A DNA stretch of 62,000 nucleotides from Chiloscyllium plagiosum (GCF_004010195.1 NC_057755.1:8131082-8193081), one strand, 5' to 3'. Positions 40,701 to 55,300 are shown, counted from the stretch's first letter. Translations and numbers: made by a program. The notes: generated from the letters alone by a model not told the origin.

Positions 40701-41267
40701 GTAACAGGAATGGACAAAGGAAGTAATAGAAAATTAAACATGTATTACGGTTCTCTCTTCAACCAAGGCCTCTAAGAAATGTTCTGTTGCCAAGGCTTCA
40801 GGAAAAGTGTTGTATTCAAGAGCATCCATTAAGTTAAAAAGGCGAAATTAATGGATTTAAATGATGCTAAATCACTTGAGTGTAATAATTCCCTATCTCA
40901 GAGTTGCTAAAGATCGTATAATGAGAAATATTGAATTCTGATGATCACCTTCGAAATTTCTGTAGGCTCTGGAACAATTCCTATGACTTGGAGGATGTTA
41001 AGAACAATCCCACGATATAAAAAGGGCTGGAGAGAGAGAAGGAAGAGAATGATGGAGCAGTTTGTCGAAAAATATTGGGCAAATTCTATATTCTGTGATT
41101 AGAAAAAGGAAACAACCTATTTAGCAAACATGAAAAGGATGAGACAGAAACAGTAATGTATCAAGGTCACACCACCAACTCCTCCTCCCTCCCAAGCACA
41201 AGACATCATGTGCACCGAGTAGTAGTGACGTATGGGAGTACGTATACACAATGATATATTAATACTT

Positions 41268-41588
41268 GTGGGCGGCACGGTGGCACAGTGGTTAGCACTG
41301 CTGCCTCACAGCGCCTGAGACCCGGGTTCAATTCCTGCCTCAGGCGACTGGCTGTGTGGAGTTTGCACGTTCTCCCCGTGTCTGCGTGGGTTTCCTCCGG
41401 GTGCTCCGGTTTCCTCCCACAGTCCAAAAGATGTGCAGGGTCAGGTGAATTGGCCATGCTAAATTGCCCGTAGTGTTAGGTAAGTGGTAAATGTAGGGGT
41501 ATGGGTGGGCTTCGCTTCGGCGGGTCGGTGTGGACTTGTTGGGCTGAAGGGCCTGTTTCCACACTGTAATGTAATCTAATCTAATCTA
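41268..41588 (+). mobile_element. HE1-like (V-SINE) tRNA-derived SINE, young copy
   Basis: A-box TGGCACAGTGG, B-box GGTTCAATTCC, LINE-like tail with (TAATC)n and a possible AATAC target-site duplication. Confidence 0.9.
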
Positions 41589-43182
41589 AATACATTCACA
41601 CCCTCACACACGCAGGCAGAAATCCAGTCATAATGACAGTTATAGGAATGCACGCATGCATGCATACAAAGCGAATGCGTATCCATCAATACACAGAGAA
41701 AATCAGTCAGCCTGCGATTTTGGAACACATCTATACATAGACACCCATTTTCACGTATGGAAATGAATTCATACTGAGAGACAATACATGCCAGTATCCA
41801 AGGACTTAGAGAAATATTGCTATACACCCAAATGAGAACACTCAAATACAGTTAGAGAACGATACAAACAAATATTCGCTGAGGTAAACTGCCAATTTAA
41901 CAAATGCAGAGACACACACGCACAAATGCACAGAGAGATCCTGCTGGCAGTACAGGAAGATCTGAAGACACAGACAAAAAGACAACTACAGTCTTAGGAA
42001 CATACCCATCTAATTGAACAGGAGTGCAGACAATCAATGAAGTACCCTGAACTCCCACAGCAATACATTGCACACACGCGGGGTCACAGAATCATCATGA
42101 CATGCTATCAGTAATACATACACACAGAGAGACAAAATGAGAGATAGGCGTGATAAGATAGGGAGAGAGCGAACAGAGAAAGAGGAAGAGAGAGAGTGAC
42201 AGAAAGATTGAGAGACATACAGAAAGAGACAGAGAGTGAGGGACAGGTAGAGAGAAACTGAGAGAGGAAGATGGAGATAGAGATGGAGAGTAAGTGAGAG
42301 AAGAAGAAAGGGATACTTACAATGGCAGACGGAAAGAGGAAACATCTTTTTGATGGGAGCAGATGGGACGTGGGTTCAACAAAATCTCAGAAAAACAAAC
42401 AGAAGTGCACGAAATAACAATCAATTCAGGGGATATGAACACTAGCTCAGGGAGACTTTCACTTGGAATAAAGTGTTCATTGCAAGTTGAACGGAGAGAG
42501 TCCGACAATCACCATCGTTGTAGTGGGAAAGTATCTGTCCCAACATCTACACCCATGCAGGGGAAATGCAGAAGGTCCTCCTGCTGATCTTTAACACTCG
42601 TCCAGAAGGCATTTCATGTAGACCTGATATTTCAGCTGAATATATCACTTACGGCGAGTCTGTCATATCTAATCCCTCCATGAGCTTCATTCCATTCTAC
42701 CATCGTCACCCTCACCATGCACTCCACCCACCCACACAGTAACTTCTTTTCCCCTTAGCTGCTGTGCTTTAGTCATGCTCAAAAATGTTTTAAAGACTGA
42801 GATGGATAGCTCCTTGTTCATCAGTTTGGGGAGGGGGCATCCTCAGAGGCAGTTTTAATGCTAAAATTAGGTCAGCATTGATCTCCTGAGATGGTGGGCG
42901 GACGAGGCTCGTTGGGCTGAATGCTCCACTGTTGCTCATTGTCTGTGTGTTCCCGTGACCATCAATCTGTCAGTCATTAAGCAATATCAACGTGTTCTTG
43001 AGTTTGGCAAATATAAACTCATCATACTGCCGCCTTCCCCATTCATCACTGCGTCATTTACTCAGATCCATGTGATTTTGCTGACAGAATCTTGGTTGTA
43101 CATCCGCAGATCCTGAACTGGAACACTGCAGTAACATATGGATCTCTCTCAGTTGCTTTGGTGACAAAGTTAAGTGAAAAAT

Positions 43183-44045
43183 TTACTTGACCATTTGTTG
43201 CACCGCATTCTTCAACTTCTCTCTGAACTTGGACAGTGTCAATGTATACAATAATGTGTTCGTGCTGTAGCTGAAATCCTTGAACATATCTCTGACACAT
43301 GGAAACATGTTTTCTATCCAAAGTAGACCGCAGTTCCATTAATGATGTGGGATAACAAGTTTATACTATACACTAACCAGAGACTTATAAAGGTTATTAA
43401 TATAGTGAAGAGGGAGATCGCTGACTTCCTTAGGCTCTCCATCTCTGTATCTTTGTGCCTGTCTCCCTTCCTCCGACCCCTCAGCATTGTACGGACTGTG
43501 CTGGCCATTATGATATGGCTGACAGAGTGTTTGTCAATAGAATTACCATAAATGGGATGAAAGGGGTTAACATTCGATCAAAACACTTAAATCCCTGCCA
43601 CATCAGATCTGTAACATAGCTTGACTTTATATTGTAATAGCGTGGAACGTTGTTATCTTCCGAGGTTTAAACACAAAATAAAAAGGAATACATTTTGAAC
43701 AGAACAAAATGCCAGTTGTCGCGTGAGCCATGGCCAAGGCTTTCTCTGCATAATATTTCATCTTCAGTTCCTGGCAACACATCACCACAAATCGTTCAAG
43801 GAGAAATGGAAAGTGAACCAGATGGAGCAGTATGTGGCTGTACGAAGCAGGATAAAGGTAGTACTGCACACAGAGCTGATGTCCAGAACAGACGGTTCAA
43901 AATAACAGATATTGAATCACGTTAGAACGGTATCCGTGACAATGAAAAACGGATACAACAGTGCTCTAGCCAACAGACATCGCTTTGCATATTTAGACAG
44001 TCCGCATTTACCTCGTGTAAGAATCAAAAACCACCAGGAATTTAA
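43183..44045 (-). pseudogene. GPR139-like unit C exon 2, frameshifted
   Basis: Acceptor ctcttctAG|TT with a +1 frameshift before LILTRGKCGLS. Fragments ERFVVMCCQELK, RKSAISLFTILITF and STNTLLYTLTLSKFREK..VK* lie in different frames. Confidence 0.88.
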
Positions 44046-44411
44046 CTAGAAGAGACAGACGGTAAAACAGGAATCGTAATCAACTGATCAAACATGATGT
44101 GTGTCTGCTCGTGAGAATAAGAAAAGCTCTCAGCACCTGAATATTTCAGTTGGGAGGTTCAAATTTCAAATCTTGAAAGGATTTCTTCAAGGCTAAATCA
44201 TTCCGAAGCTGCACAATCTTGGGATTTGAGGAATGCGCTGCCACCCAGAGAGGGGTTGAGATCTAGATTGCACTGCTTAGGATGGTCGCTAAGGCAAGAA
44301 ATCTTTAAAACTTTCAAGGACTACTTCAATCAGGACTCGAAGTGTTATAACATTCGAAGCCATGAGCCTGGTTATGGAAATTGTGACGGATCTTGCTTTA
44401 GACAAACGTGC

Positions 44412-44505
44412 TTCATTCCTGATGAAGGGCTTTTGCCCGAAAAGTCGATTTTCTTGATCTTCGGATGCTGCCTGACCTGCTGTGCTTTTCCAGCAACACT
44501 CTAAT
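44412..44505 (+). mobile_element. Penelope-like pseudo-LTR remnant with hammerhead motif at 44415-44450
   Basis: AUUC-CUGAUGA-A-GGGC[UUUU]GCCC-GAAAA-GUC-GAUU. Confidence 0.7.
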
Positions 44506-46853
44506 CTAGACTCGAGTCTTGCTTTAGTATAAATTGATAGCACAAGCTTGACGGACCAAATGACTGACTTGTTCTGCATGGTAGGTGTCTACGAAACGAA
44601 ATGAGGAATTGTATCTGAATGACTGTTTAGGATTTTAAAAATTGTAATCATAAATCAAATGGCTGTTGATCATGGAAAAGTGGAGCAGAAACAAAAGAGG
44701 CTCAAGAAACTCAGCAGGCTGGCAGCATTGGTGAGGGGATAAATTGTGGCAATGTTTCGTGTCTGGAATCACGCTGAATAGAACATATTCTTCTGAATAA
44801 GGGACATAGGACTCAATCGTTTAATTCCATTTTCTCCACTGACAAGGTCGTATCATCGCAAACAAAACACAAGTGTTCCTTTCTCAAAGAAATTAAAACT
44901 AGATACCTGTTCTCATATCATTTCCAGCACCCAGCCCACAGTCTTGAAAGTTATTCCATTTCAGTTCAAGATCCTGCTTGTCTTTAAATGAGTTTAGAGT
45001 TGCCACCTCAAGACCGCAAACTGGGAAGTGAAGTCCAGTCGCACCACCACCGTCTGGATGAAATATTTAGCTCTCATGACCTATATAATGCTTCAGCAAT
45101 CAGCCCCAATCTGTGTCCCCCGGTAACTGTCCCTTTCCGTTAGGGGTAACAAGTTTGTATCAACACCCTTCTAAGCTTGTACACCTCAATTACATCAACT
45201 CTCATTCTCCTTTACTCTCTGGAAAACAAGTCTAGCTCAATCCAATCTTCCTCCAATGCTGTTGTCATTTCCAATAGCTCGTAATTCGTTTGTAAAGCTC
45301 CTCTGTGTTCACCACAGTTCAATTCTGCCATAGCTTTTCTGCAGTGATCAAAAATGTGCATGACATTGCAGCTGTAAACTACCCACTATCTTATGTCGTT
45401 GCAGCTTTACAGGTTTTGCGGTGGTCAGGGATTTTGTGTTTGCTTGCGTGAGGTTCAGGGTGAGGGATGAGTCTTTTTTCGGATGATTGAAGGTGGATTT
45501 GATTTCCAGTGTAGATGTCTGGCCAAGGTTTGAGCCATAAAATGGACCTGGAGGGCTGTTATTGTGTGTCTTTGATCCTTTGTGGGATCAGTTAATCATT
45601 TACTCAGAAGATAGACTACGAGTTTAATAGCATTTCTTTTGTCTGATGCGAGCTGATGTAACTGCAGAACAAGCCAGAAGCAGGACCTGCACACAACCTG
45701 ATGGATCACAACCCTACGACGTTGGTTTTGAACACATAACCTCTTGCCAATTCATAGAGACACAATGCTACAAATTTTACTTCAACATCAAAACAACAAT
45801 TCATTACAAAACAAATGAGGATTAAATGGAATAATGCAATCTGTGTGATCATAACACAGATTCAGAGACATTGAACACACAGTAAATGCATAACCTCACT
45901 AATCCAAAAACACTCGATAAATTGAAAGAATGAAAACAAGTTTTATAGAGTATACAGGTTATCACGTCTGGTGTATTTCCAAAAGCCATCCTTCGTTTAA
46001 TACTGACAGCAGGATCCCTGTATCTAATACTTGGTAAAGTATTTGTGAATTCCACTCTAAAAACGCAACTGCAGTAACTTCTTCCGGGATCTAACACACA
46101 GTAGACTATTAATGAATGTTAATCTAACACAAAGATGACTGTCATCTTCAAGTAATCTCTTCATTTTTTAAAAAATTCCAACACTTCTGGTCTGGGATGT
46201 ATGCGAACATTTCACTTCAAGGTCGTCGAAATGACTAAATCTCCAAGTGTCTTCGCATGAGCACTCACCCATACATCTACCCATATCCAGAGTGTTCCAA
46301 GGGCCAAAGTAAGTGACCCACAGTTAAAAGTGAAATTTAAGAATTCTCAGTAAAAGATGTTATGCTGAAACTCAGATTCCAGAAGGCTGGGTTGCAAAGA
46401 GTCGGAAAGAACGCAAGTTTATTGGTTCACAAACCCAATAATCCGAGAGCCAGTGTGTAAAAGCGTTTTTACTTTAAATCTGTGGTTGCAGAAATACCTA
46501 CAAGTTACCGATTATCTTTACACAAACAGAGGAACCTTACGGTTATTCAGACAAAAATAAACAAAGTGAATATTTTACTGAATTCCATCGGAACATTCTA
46601 TAGTCTCCCATTGAAATAGAGATTACTTGAAGGTTGCAGGACGAAAAGATACACCGAATAGAAAATTCAATTGTCCATGCAATTTCTGCGGATTCTGCAG
46701 TAATGGGATTCTGCAGGGTCATCTGTTATATCACCTATCATCTACCTGTGTGTGAGCAGCCAAAATATGCTCATGCATCATTGTGAATTGCAGAGTGAAC
46801 CCGTAGGGATCCCTCAGACAGATTTACGCAATTCAGTGCGAAAACCCGCACAC

Positions 46854-46920
46854 CAGGAATTGGTACAATCAGAAGGACCGTGTAAAACATTTGCTGTGCA
46901 TTCTGACTTGTAAGATCCAT
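46854..46920 (-). pseudogene. GPR139-like unit C exon 1 (MDLTSQNAQQMFYTVLLIVPIP+G)
   Basis: 67 nt, ATG at 46920, donor CCTG|GTGTGC. Belongs with the frameshifted exon 2. Confidence 0.8.
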
Positions 46921-47334
46921 TTTCTGCACGAATGCTTCAATCCAGGAAATCTCCCTCTATATTAATAAACTATATAATGTTTTCTTAAAGCCTTTCCTTT
47001 ATCCTTCTGACATTGCTAGGGAAACTGTCACATTGCACTCCAATTTTTCTTCAGGCATTTGAACAAAGAGGTGACGCCAATAAGTTAGAATACAGGAGTG
47101 ACAGAACTTTTTTGATGTTTATTGGAGTATGTGAATCTCATTTAGTTAACAACAAACATTGTAAAATGCATATGCACCATCTCAGATACCAAACACTACC
47201 CGTCCCATGTTGAGATTTCATTTCAGTACCGTTCTTCCCTTGACTCTGACAATTTAGTAACAACATTCTGATTGTTTACTGTCTCTTTGAGAACTGTTCT
47301 CCTCAAAAGAGGGATTTGGCCTCCCTGCTTAACA

Positions 47335-48190
47335 GTAGTAAAATCAAACATCACCATATTATACTCCAACAGCTTTGGTTGGGAGTCGAACTTTCAGGTT
47401 GCTACTCCTTTATCAGGTAACACGTGGGGCAGAATCACAAGACACAGAATTTATAGCAATCAAACCGACATATTGAAGAAATCTAGATTACTGTTAACTC
47501 TTTCATCTTTTAGAATGTGTTGCAAGTTTTGGTTCATTGATATATAAATCCCAGAACTCCTTTTAAGTCACATTCTCGAAATACCTTCAGGTTTTATTTT
47601 TATAAAAGATGATATCTCTGCTGAGACAAAGTATTCAGAGTGTGAGGTTAGAGGCTGTCTATATTCCACTCTTGGGTCAGAATGGTTCTATTTCCAAAGT
47701 TACAATTTATAAAACGTTATATGGATTGACTACCTACAGGTTGTCTGTTTTTGAGCAAAAATAGAATGTGTCTGCAAATGCAATTCTGTGAATGCAATTT
47801 CACCCCATAGACTTAACTGCGTGTGATTGCGTGTGATTGCGTGTGTGCATGTGAGGAATAGAGCCTGATAGAAGAGAGAGAGAGTGCATGTGTGTGTGTG
47901 CTAGTCTGAGTGGACATGAGAGAGCGTGTTTAAGTGTGTGCATCGTTGGTAGAGTGAGTGTGACGGAGTCTCAGCCTTTTTGACAGAGTGTGCGTAGTTG
48001 TGAGCCAATATCTCGTTTCAATTGCATGACACTTTCATCTTTTGTTTTAAATTCTGTGTCTTATGATCCTGCCCTATAAGGTGTTCTGAAAGCTAATACT
48101 TGCAAATAAACCTATTGGACGACAATCTGTTGTCGAGTGGTTTTTAACTTTGTCCACCCCAATTCAACAACAACCACCTCCACATCCTGT
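47335..48190. mobile_element. Penelope-derived element, same insertion as 25745-26500
   Basis: Same termini and internal sequence, same position relative to exon 1, flanked by cctg(c/t)ttaacagt direct repeats. Confidence 0.65.
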
Positions 48191-48829
48191 TTAACAGTGG
48201 TTGTTCCGACAAGGAATGTTAATTGGCAATTTAAGACGACACCTTGCAGGTTTTAACAAATCCAACATTGCAATAAAATTCCTCACGTTGTTAAGTAATA
48301 CAACGACATTTATCCTGAATGTTTTCATAAACTCCAATTAGTACAGTTCCTCCTACCAGGATGAAAAGGCAATGTGTCAGAGCTGACTTTGAGGCACACA
48401 TGAACTGTTCAGCTGGAGACCTGTTACCTGTAGCAAATGACTGAGATGATGGATTAAGTGCAACGTTTTCGAATAAAATAGTGCTTGGTAGGTCAATAAA
48501 ATATAAAGATGACACAGAAATGCTGAAAAGGGGAGGATAGGCTCAGTGACTGGGTGAGTAACTCTTAAATATTCTGTGGAATTATGAAGGTTTTTTTCAT
48601 TATGTTTAGCCTTGAAGGCTTTCCAACATTTGATACATTTATAGATCATGATTCTTGTCCTGGATCATAACGGAGCAAAAGATCTTGCTTTCCATTCTTT
48701 TCAAAGTGTTTCGGTAATACCATGGTAACTTTACTCCTCTGAGATTCTTCCAAATTTAGGTGTACAATACTGGTTTGTTTAATTTCACTCACTGATCGTT
48801 GAACCACTGCAGACCAGCTGTCATTCTGT

Positions 48830-50960
48830 CAGGAAGAAAAGAATGGCTCGAGTAAGATTCGTGCCACTCAAGGAAAATTTTGGGGCGTTTTTCATGGAAA
48901 ACGAGGAGATAGGAGAAACGCTAACTGATTATATTAGTTACTATTCACACTGGAAAATGACGATGATTTCGTGGAGAGTACTGGGATACAGGCTGTCCAA
49001 GGAGAAGGGATTGAGGTTAATGAGGAGGAGGTTTTAGCAATTCTGGAATGTGTGAAAATAAATGAATCCCTCAGGCCAGATGTTTCTTATCCCAGGATTC
49101 ACTGGGAAGCTAGGCACGAGATTGCAGACCCTTTGGCTTGGCTCTTTACGTCGTCATTGTCTACAGATGTAGTACCAGAAGACTGGAGGATAGCGAACGT
49201 TATCGCCTTGTTCAAGAAGGCGAGTAGGACGATACTGGTAATTATAGACCTGTGAGCCTTATTTCGGATTTGGTTGAAATGTTGGAAATAAATATAAAAG
49301 ATGGGATTTATACTCATCCAGCCACGAATAATTTGATTCAGGATGTTCAACACGGTTTTGTGAAGGATAGATCGTGCCGCACGAACCTGACTGTGTTTGA
49401 GATCGTGACCAAACAGGATGAGGGTAAAGCGTTTGATGTGGTGCACATGGATTTCAGTAAAGTGTTTGATAAGGTTCCCAACAGCAAGCTAATGCAAAAT
49501 ACCGAGCCACGGGCCTGAGGATGATTTAATGGTTTGGATTAGAAATTGGCTAGCTGGAAGAAAATGGAGGTTTTTGGTGATGGGAAATGTTCATGCTGGA
49601 GTTCAGTTACTAGTGGTGTACTGCAAGGGTTTGCTTTGGGTCCGCTGTGGTTTGTCATTTTTATCAGTGACCTGGATGGCGGCATAGTTCGGTAGAGTTC
49701 TGGACAGTGCCGAACGATGGAGTGGGTTACAGAAGGACACGGGTAAGGTGCAGAGGTCGTCTGAGCGTTTACGAATGGAGTTTAATGCGGGAAAGGGTGA
49801 GATGATTGCCTTTGGTAGGGGTAACATGAATGCAGAGTACTGGGCTAATGATAGGTTTCTTGATAATGTAGTTGAGCAGAGAAATCTCGGTGTTTATACA
49901 CATAGATCACTGAAAATTGGCAGCAAGATTGATAGGTTGTCAAGAAGGTATTCGGTATGTTGGCTTTTATTGGTAGAAGGATCGAGTTTCGGAGCCTTAG
50001 GGTAATGTTGCAGCTGTTCAAATGTCCTAACTCCTTCTGACGTATCAGTCCTGATTTGATTGAATAGAGAAAGGCATATTGCTTCAACAGTGCCAAGTTC
50101 ACGGATACCATATAAAAATACAACCTTCAGGACATTTGGAATTGGGAGTGGGTGGTGTGCAGGCGGGGTGGAGCGATTTGGGAGAAGGGGAGTTGGAACA
50201 GGGACCAGGACAGGAAACTGTGGAAAGCGAAGACCGAGTAGTCCCAGTCTAGACTAGCATAAACACTATTTGGCTGTGAAACACGTCTTCAGTGTCTGAC
50301 ATCTCATCACTAAGCATTAGCATTGGAGGATGAGAGGTGAACTTGGAGATGTATATATAAATAAAACGGGAGTTGGATTGCCTACAGTGTGGAATCAGGC
50401 CATTTGACACAGAAGTCCACATCTACACTCCGGAAAGTAGCCCACCCAGACCCATCCCCTACCTCAGCCTAACACTCCTAATTCTATGGGAAACGTCGCA
50501 CGGCCAATTCACTTTACATGTACATGCCTGGATTGTAGAAGGAAACTGCATAACTCAGAAGAAACCCACGCAGTCACGAAGAGAATGTACAAACGCCACA
50601 CAGAGACAATCGTCCACGGGAGGAATCAAACACGAGTCACTGATGTTGTAAAGGAGCAATGTTAACCACTGAGTCACCATTACTTAGGAGCGATGAATAG
50701 TTGATGTCTTTTTTCCGAGTAGGCGAATTCGAAACAAGAGAAAAACAAGCTTTAGGTGAGGGTGCCAGATATAAAGTGTCCTTAAGAAGCAAATGTTTCA
50801 CACAGCATCTGCATGAAATGTGCTGCCAGAGGAAGTGGTGGAAGCTAGTACAATTACAAAAATTTCAAAGGTATTAGGACTGTACACGAATAGGAATGTT
50901 TTAAAGGTTATGTGCCAAATGCCGGCAAATTAGACTAGATTTATTTATAATACTGGTCTT
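48830..50960 (+). mobile_element. Degraded, interrupted CR1 ORF2 (contains a minus-strand HE1-like SINE at about 50370-50680)
   Basis: PEDWRIANVIALFKK, HMDFSKVFDKVP and MEFNAGKGEM. Confidence 0.75.
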
Positions 50961-50964
50961 ATGG

Positions 50965-51710
50965 AGATCAAAGAACAAAGAACAAAATAAAAATGATTGC
51001 GGCTTTCCAACCCTGTGAAGATCCAAATCCAGTGTCTAAACCTATCGCCCAATTTCTAAGGATCTATATTCCTCTGCTCCCCACCTACTCATGCATCTGT
51101 CCACAGGCGCATTAAAGGAATCTACCTGCCTCTACTACCTCTGCTGGCAATGCATTCCAGGCAATTACCACCGTCTGCGTAAAGTACTGTCCGCGTGTAT
51201 ACCCCTTAAACGTTTCTCCTCTCACCTTGAAGGCGTCATCTCTCTTTATTGTATCCCTCACCCTGGGAAAAAAGCTTATCTCTATCCATCCTGTCTATAC
51301 CTTTCATGATTTTGTAGACCTCAATCAGGTCCCCATTCAATCTCTTTTTACCAAATGAAAACAATCCTAACATTCACAAACTCTCTTCATAGATAGCACC
51401 TTCCATACCAGGCAACATCTTCGTAAACACTTTCTGCACCCTCTCCGAAATGTCCACATCCTTTTGGTAGAGGTGACCAGAACTGACAACAGTATTCTAA
51501 ATGCGGACAAACCAAAATCTTATACAATTTTGACATGACCTGCCAGCTCTTATACACATTACCCTCTCCGATCAATACAAGCGTACCATATGCCTTCTTG
51601 TACACACTGTCCACCTGTGTAGCCACCTTCATGGTACAATGGACCTGAACTCCCAGATGTCTCTGCTCATCGACGTTTCCTAGGGCTATTTATGTCTACA
51701 GTATAGTTTT
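50965..51710 (-). mobile_element. CR1 3' fragment
   Basis: KVATQVD..LYKILVCPHLEYCCQFWSP with a (CAAAGAA)n tail. Confidence 0.8.
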
Positions 51711-53281
51711 CTGGAAGTTTAATTCTGTGTTGAACAACTACAAGTTTCTATGACTTTATAGCCGTGTTTTTGTTTGGAGTGCCAGCTTTGATTTTCGGAA
51801 GATTCTCAGTAACATATACGCTTAATGATACAGTTGCTGTAGAAATATCACCTTTTATTTGTGATTACACGTAAGGTATGTGGACAGAAACAGATTTGAA
51901 GAAAACATTAATATCTTCACCGACTCGAGACCGAGAACTTGAAGACACAACACAACTTAGGGAACCAATGCATTGCATCTTGCAACATTGAATTGATTTA
52001 AGAACACATATGTTGGCAATCAGCAATATCTTCATCTTTCTCCAAAATCTCGGACGCATTTTTGCACACCGAAAGCCATCATCCTAAATACGTTTCCTAC
52101 AGAATTGGATCACATTGGATGCATTCCAATGAACTTTCGCATAGCTGGAATACTTAAGCTAATGATTTGCACGCTGGTTGCCACATGTCAGGTCGCAATC
52201 TCAAACTTAATTTAACAATTGATCGAACATTTATCAGAACAGCTAATGTTCCCCAGGCAAGCCCTATATTGTGTCGCTGGAACAACTGTTACTTTCCAAA
52301 GAACATTTCAAGGAATTACTTTCCTTTCTGATTTTGAATCATCCAGGCTTCTGATTTCCATGATACCCCTCTCTAACATTCTCCAGTTCTTGCCACTTCC
52401 TTCATTTTGCTCTCACTCAGACTCTCTCCTTTCCATCCTTGCAGCCTCCCTGTCTCCATTCCTTGCTGTCCATTTTCCAACCATTGCATATCGGAGCCGA
52501 ATTCAAACATTCACTCCGTCAACTCGTCCCAACCTTCAATCGTAGGAACATAAGAAACAGGCGCATCGTCTCTGGCCCATCAAGTCATTTCCTCTATTAA
52601 ATAATTTCACAGCTGATATTCTCCAGGACTCAACACCACTTAATATGCCGCTCAGCACAACCACTAATTCCTCCACTGTTCAATATTCTGTCTTTGACGT
52701 AAAAATATGCAACGAAGTAACCTTAAACATTTCACATGTTACTGAATACCATACATTCAAAACATGTTTGGAAGAAGTTTCCCCTGAATTAATAGCCCGA
52801 ATCTGCTCCACTTGTTTTGAGGCTATGACCCCAAATCTAGTTTCCCCAGCCAGTGTAAATAATCTCCTTGCTTCTATCTTACCTATGATTGTCATATTTT
52901 AATTTTTTCCAGAACATCCCTCGTTCATTCTTCTAAATTTCAATGAGTATGATCCCAAATGACTCAGTCTCTCCTCAAACGCCGTGCACTCTCGTGCCAG
53001 TAGTTCCTTTCTCAAATAAGGTAAATATAAACTTATCATGCTTGATAAGCTTGAAAACCCGATTTTACTTCCTTCTCCAAAGAATTCTCAATCCCGTTAA
53101 CAATGAATAATCTATGTCTCTGTCTTCCTCAGAACGTTCCTGAGGAAATGCTACATGACGTGGAGTGATAACTCTGCTCTCCTTCAGTGATACCAGACTT
53201 GCTGACGATGTCCCGTGACTTCTGCTTTTGTGTCTGATTCACCGCATCTTCATGTCTTTCTGTTTTGACCTCTCTATCTCT

Positions 53282-53590
53282 GTGGGTGGCACGGTGGCAC
53301 AGTGGTTAGCACTGCTGCCTCACAGCGCCTGAGACCCGGGTTCAATTCCCGCCTCAGGCGACTGACTGTGTGGAGTTTGCACGTTCTCCCCGTGTCTGCG
53401 TGGGTTTCCTCCGGGTGCTCCGGTTTCCTCCCACAGTCCAAAGATGTGCAGGTCAGGTGAATTGGCCATGCTAAATTGTCCGTAGTGTTAGGTAAGGGGT
53501 AAATGCAGGGGTATGGGTGGGTTGCACTTCGGCCGGTCGGTGTGGACTTGTTGGGCCGAAGGGCCTGTTTCCACACTGTAATGTAATCTA
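53282..53590 (+). mobile_element. HE1-like SINE, young copy
   Basis: Nearly identical to 41268-41588. Confidence 0.9.
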
Positions 53591-53596
53591 AAAAGA

Positions 53597-55300
53597 ATTT
53601 TCTCCTTAAGAAAGGTGGTAAGGATAAGTCAGGGAAGTATAGATCAGTGAGCCTGACGTCGATGGTGGGCACCTTGCTGGAGGGAACCCTGAGAGGTAGG
53701 ATGCACATGTAATTGAAAAGGCAAGGACTGATTAGGGATAGTAAAATCATGTCTTACAAATTTGATTGAGTTATTTGAAGAAATAATTAAGAAGTTTGAT
53801 GAGGACAGAACGACAGATTTGATCTATACAGACGTCAGTAAGGCTTTCGAAAGGTCTCCCCGTGGAGACTGGTTAGCAAGGTTAGATCTCGTGGAATAAA
53901 GGAAGAACTAGCCATTTGGATGCAAAGCATTCTCAAAAGTCGGAGACAGAGGGTGGTTGTCGAGGGTTGTTTATCAAACTAGAAGCCTGTGACCAGTGGA
54001 GTGCCACTATGATGGTGCTGAGTCCACTACTTTTCATCGTTTGTACAAATGGTTTGGTTGTGACCAGAAGAGGCATAGTTAGTAAGTTTGCAGATGACAC
54101 CAAAATTGGAGGTGTAGTGGAAAGCGAAAAAGGTTACCTCAAGTTACAACGGTATCTTAATCAGATGGGCCAATAGGCTTAGAAGTGGCAGATGGAGTTT
54201 AATTTAGATAAATGTGAGGTGCTGCATTTTGGGAAAGCAAAACGTAGCAGAACTTTTCACTTAATGATAAGTTCTGAGAGAGAGCTGTTGAACAAAGAGA
54301 CCTTGGAATGCAGGCTCCTGAAAGTGGAGTCGCAGTTTAGTGAGATAGTGAAGAAGGCGTTTTGTTATGCTTTCCTTTATTGGTCAGAGTATTGAGCACA
54401 GACTTTGGGAGGTCATGTTGCGGCTTTACAGGACATTGGTTAGACCACTATTGGAATATTGTGTACAATTCTGGTCTTCTTCCTGTCGATAAGATGTTGT
54501 GAAACTTGAAATGGTTCGAAAAGATTTACAAGGATGTTGCCAGGGTTGGAGGTTCTGAGATATAGGGAGAGGTCGAATAGGCTAGAGCGTTTTTCCCTGG
54601 AGCTTCGGCGGCTGAGGGGTGACGGTACAGAGGTTTATAAAGTCATGAGTGGCATGGATATGATAAATAGACAAAGTCTTTTCCCTCGGGTGGGGAAGTC
54701 CAGATCTAGAAGGCAAAGGTTTTGAGCGAGAGGGGAAAGATATAAAAGAGACCTAAGTGGCAGCTTTTTCACGCAGCAGCTGGTACGTGTACAGAATGAG
54801 CTGCCAGAGGAAATGGTGGAGGTTGGTGCAATTGCAACATTTAAAAGCCCTCTGGATGGGTATATAAATAAGAAGGTTTTGAAGGGATATGGGCCAGGTG
54901 CTGGCAGGTGGGGCTTGTGGCGTCACGGTGGCTCACGCTGTTATCCCACAGCACCAGGGTCCCGGGTTCGATTCCAACCTCGGGTGACTATCTGCGTGGA
55001 GTTTGCACCTTCTCCCCGTGTCTGCGTGGAAATCCTCCAGGTGCTCCGGTTTTCTCCAACAGCACCAAAGATGTACAGGTTAGGTGAACTGGCCATGCTT
55101 AATTTGTCAATTAGGTGCATTCGTCAGAGGGAAAAGGGGTTGTATGGGTTACTATTTGGAGGGTCGGTGTGGACCTGTTGGGCCGAAGGGCATGTTTCCA
55201 CACTGTAGGGACTCTATCTAATCACGCTAATCTAGATTAGATTGGGCTATCTCGTCACATGGACGAGTTGGACCGAAGGGTCTGTTTCCGTGCTGTATGC
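53597..55300 (+). mobile_element. CR1 RT and 3' end, with an HE1-like SINE (about 54915-55235) nested in its tail
   Basis: SKFADDTKIGGVV, MEFNLDKCEVLHFGK and MLPGLE. The tail resumes after the SINE. Confidence 0.85.

Noticed and set aside
41271..41345. tRNA-like A/B boxes
   Set aside because: Head of an HE1 SINE, not a tRNA gene.
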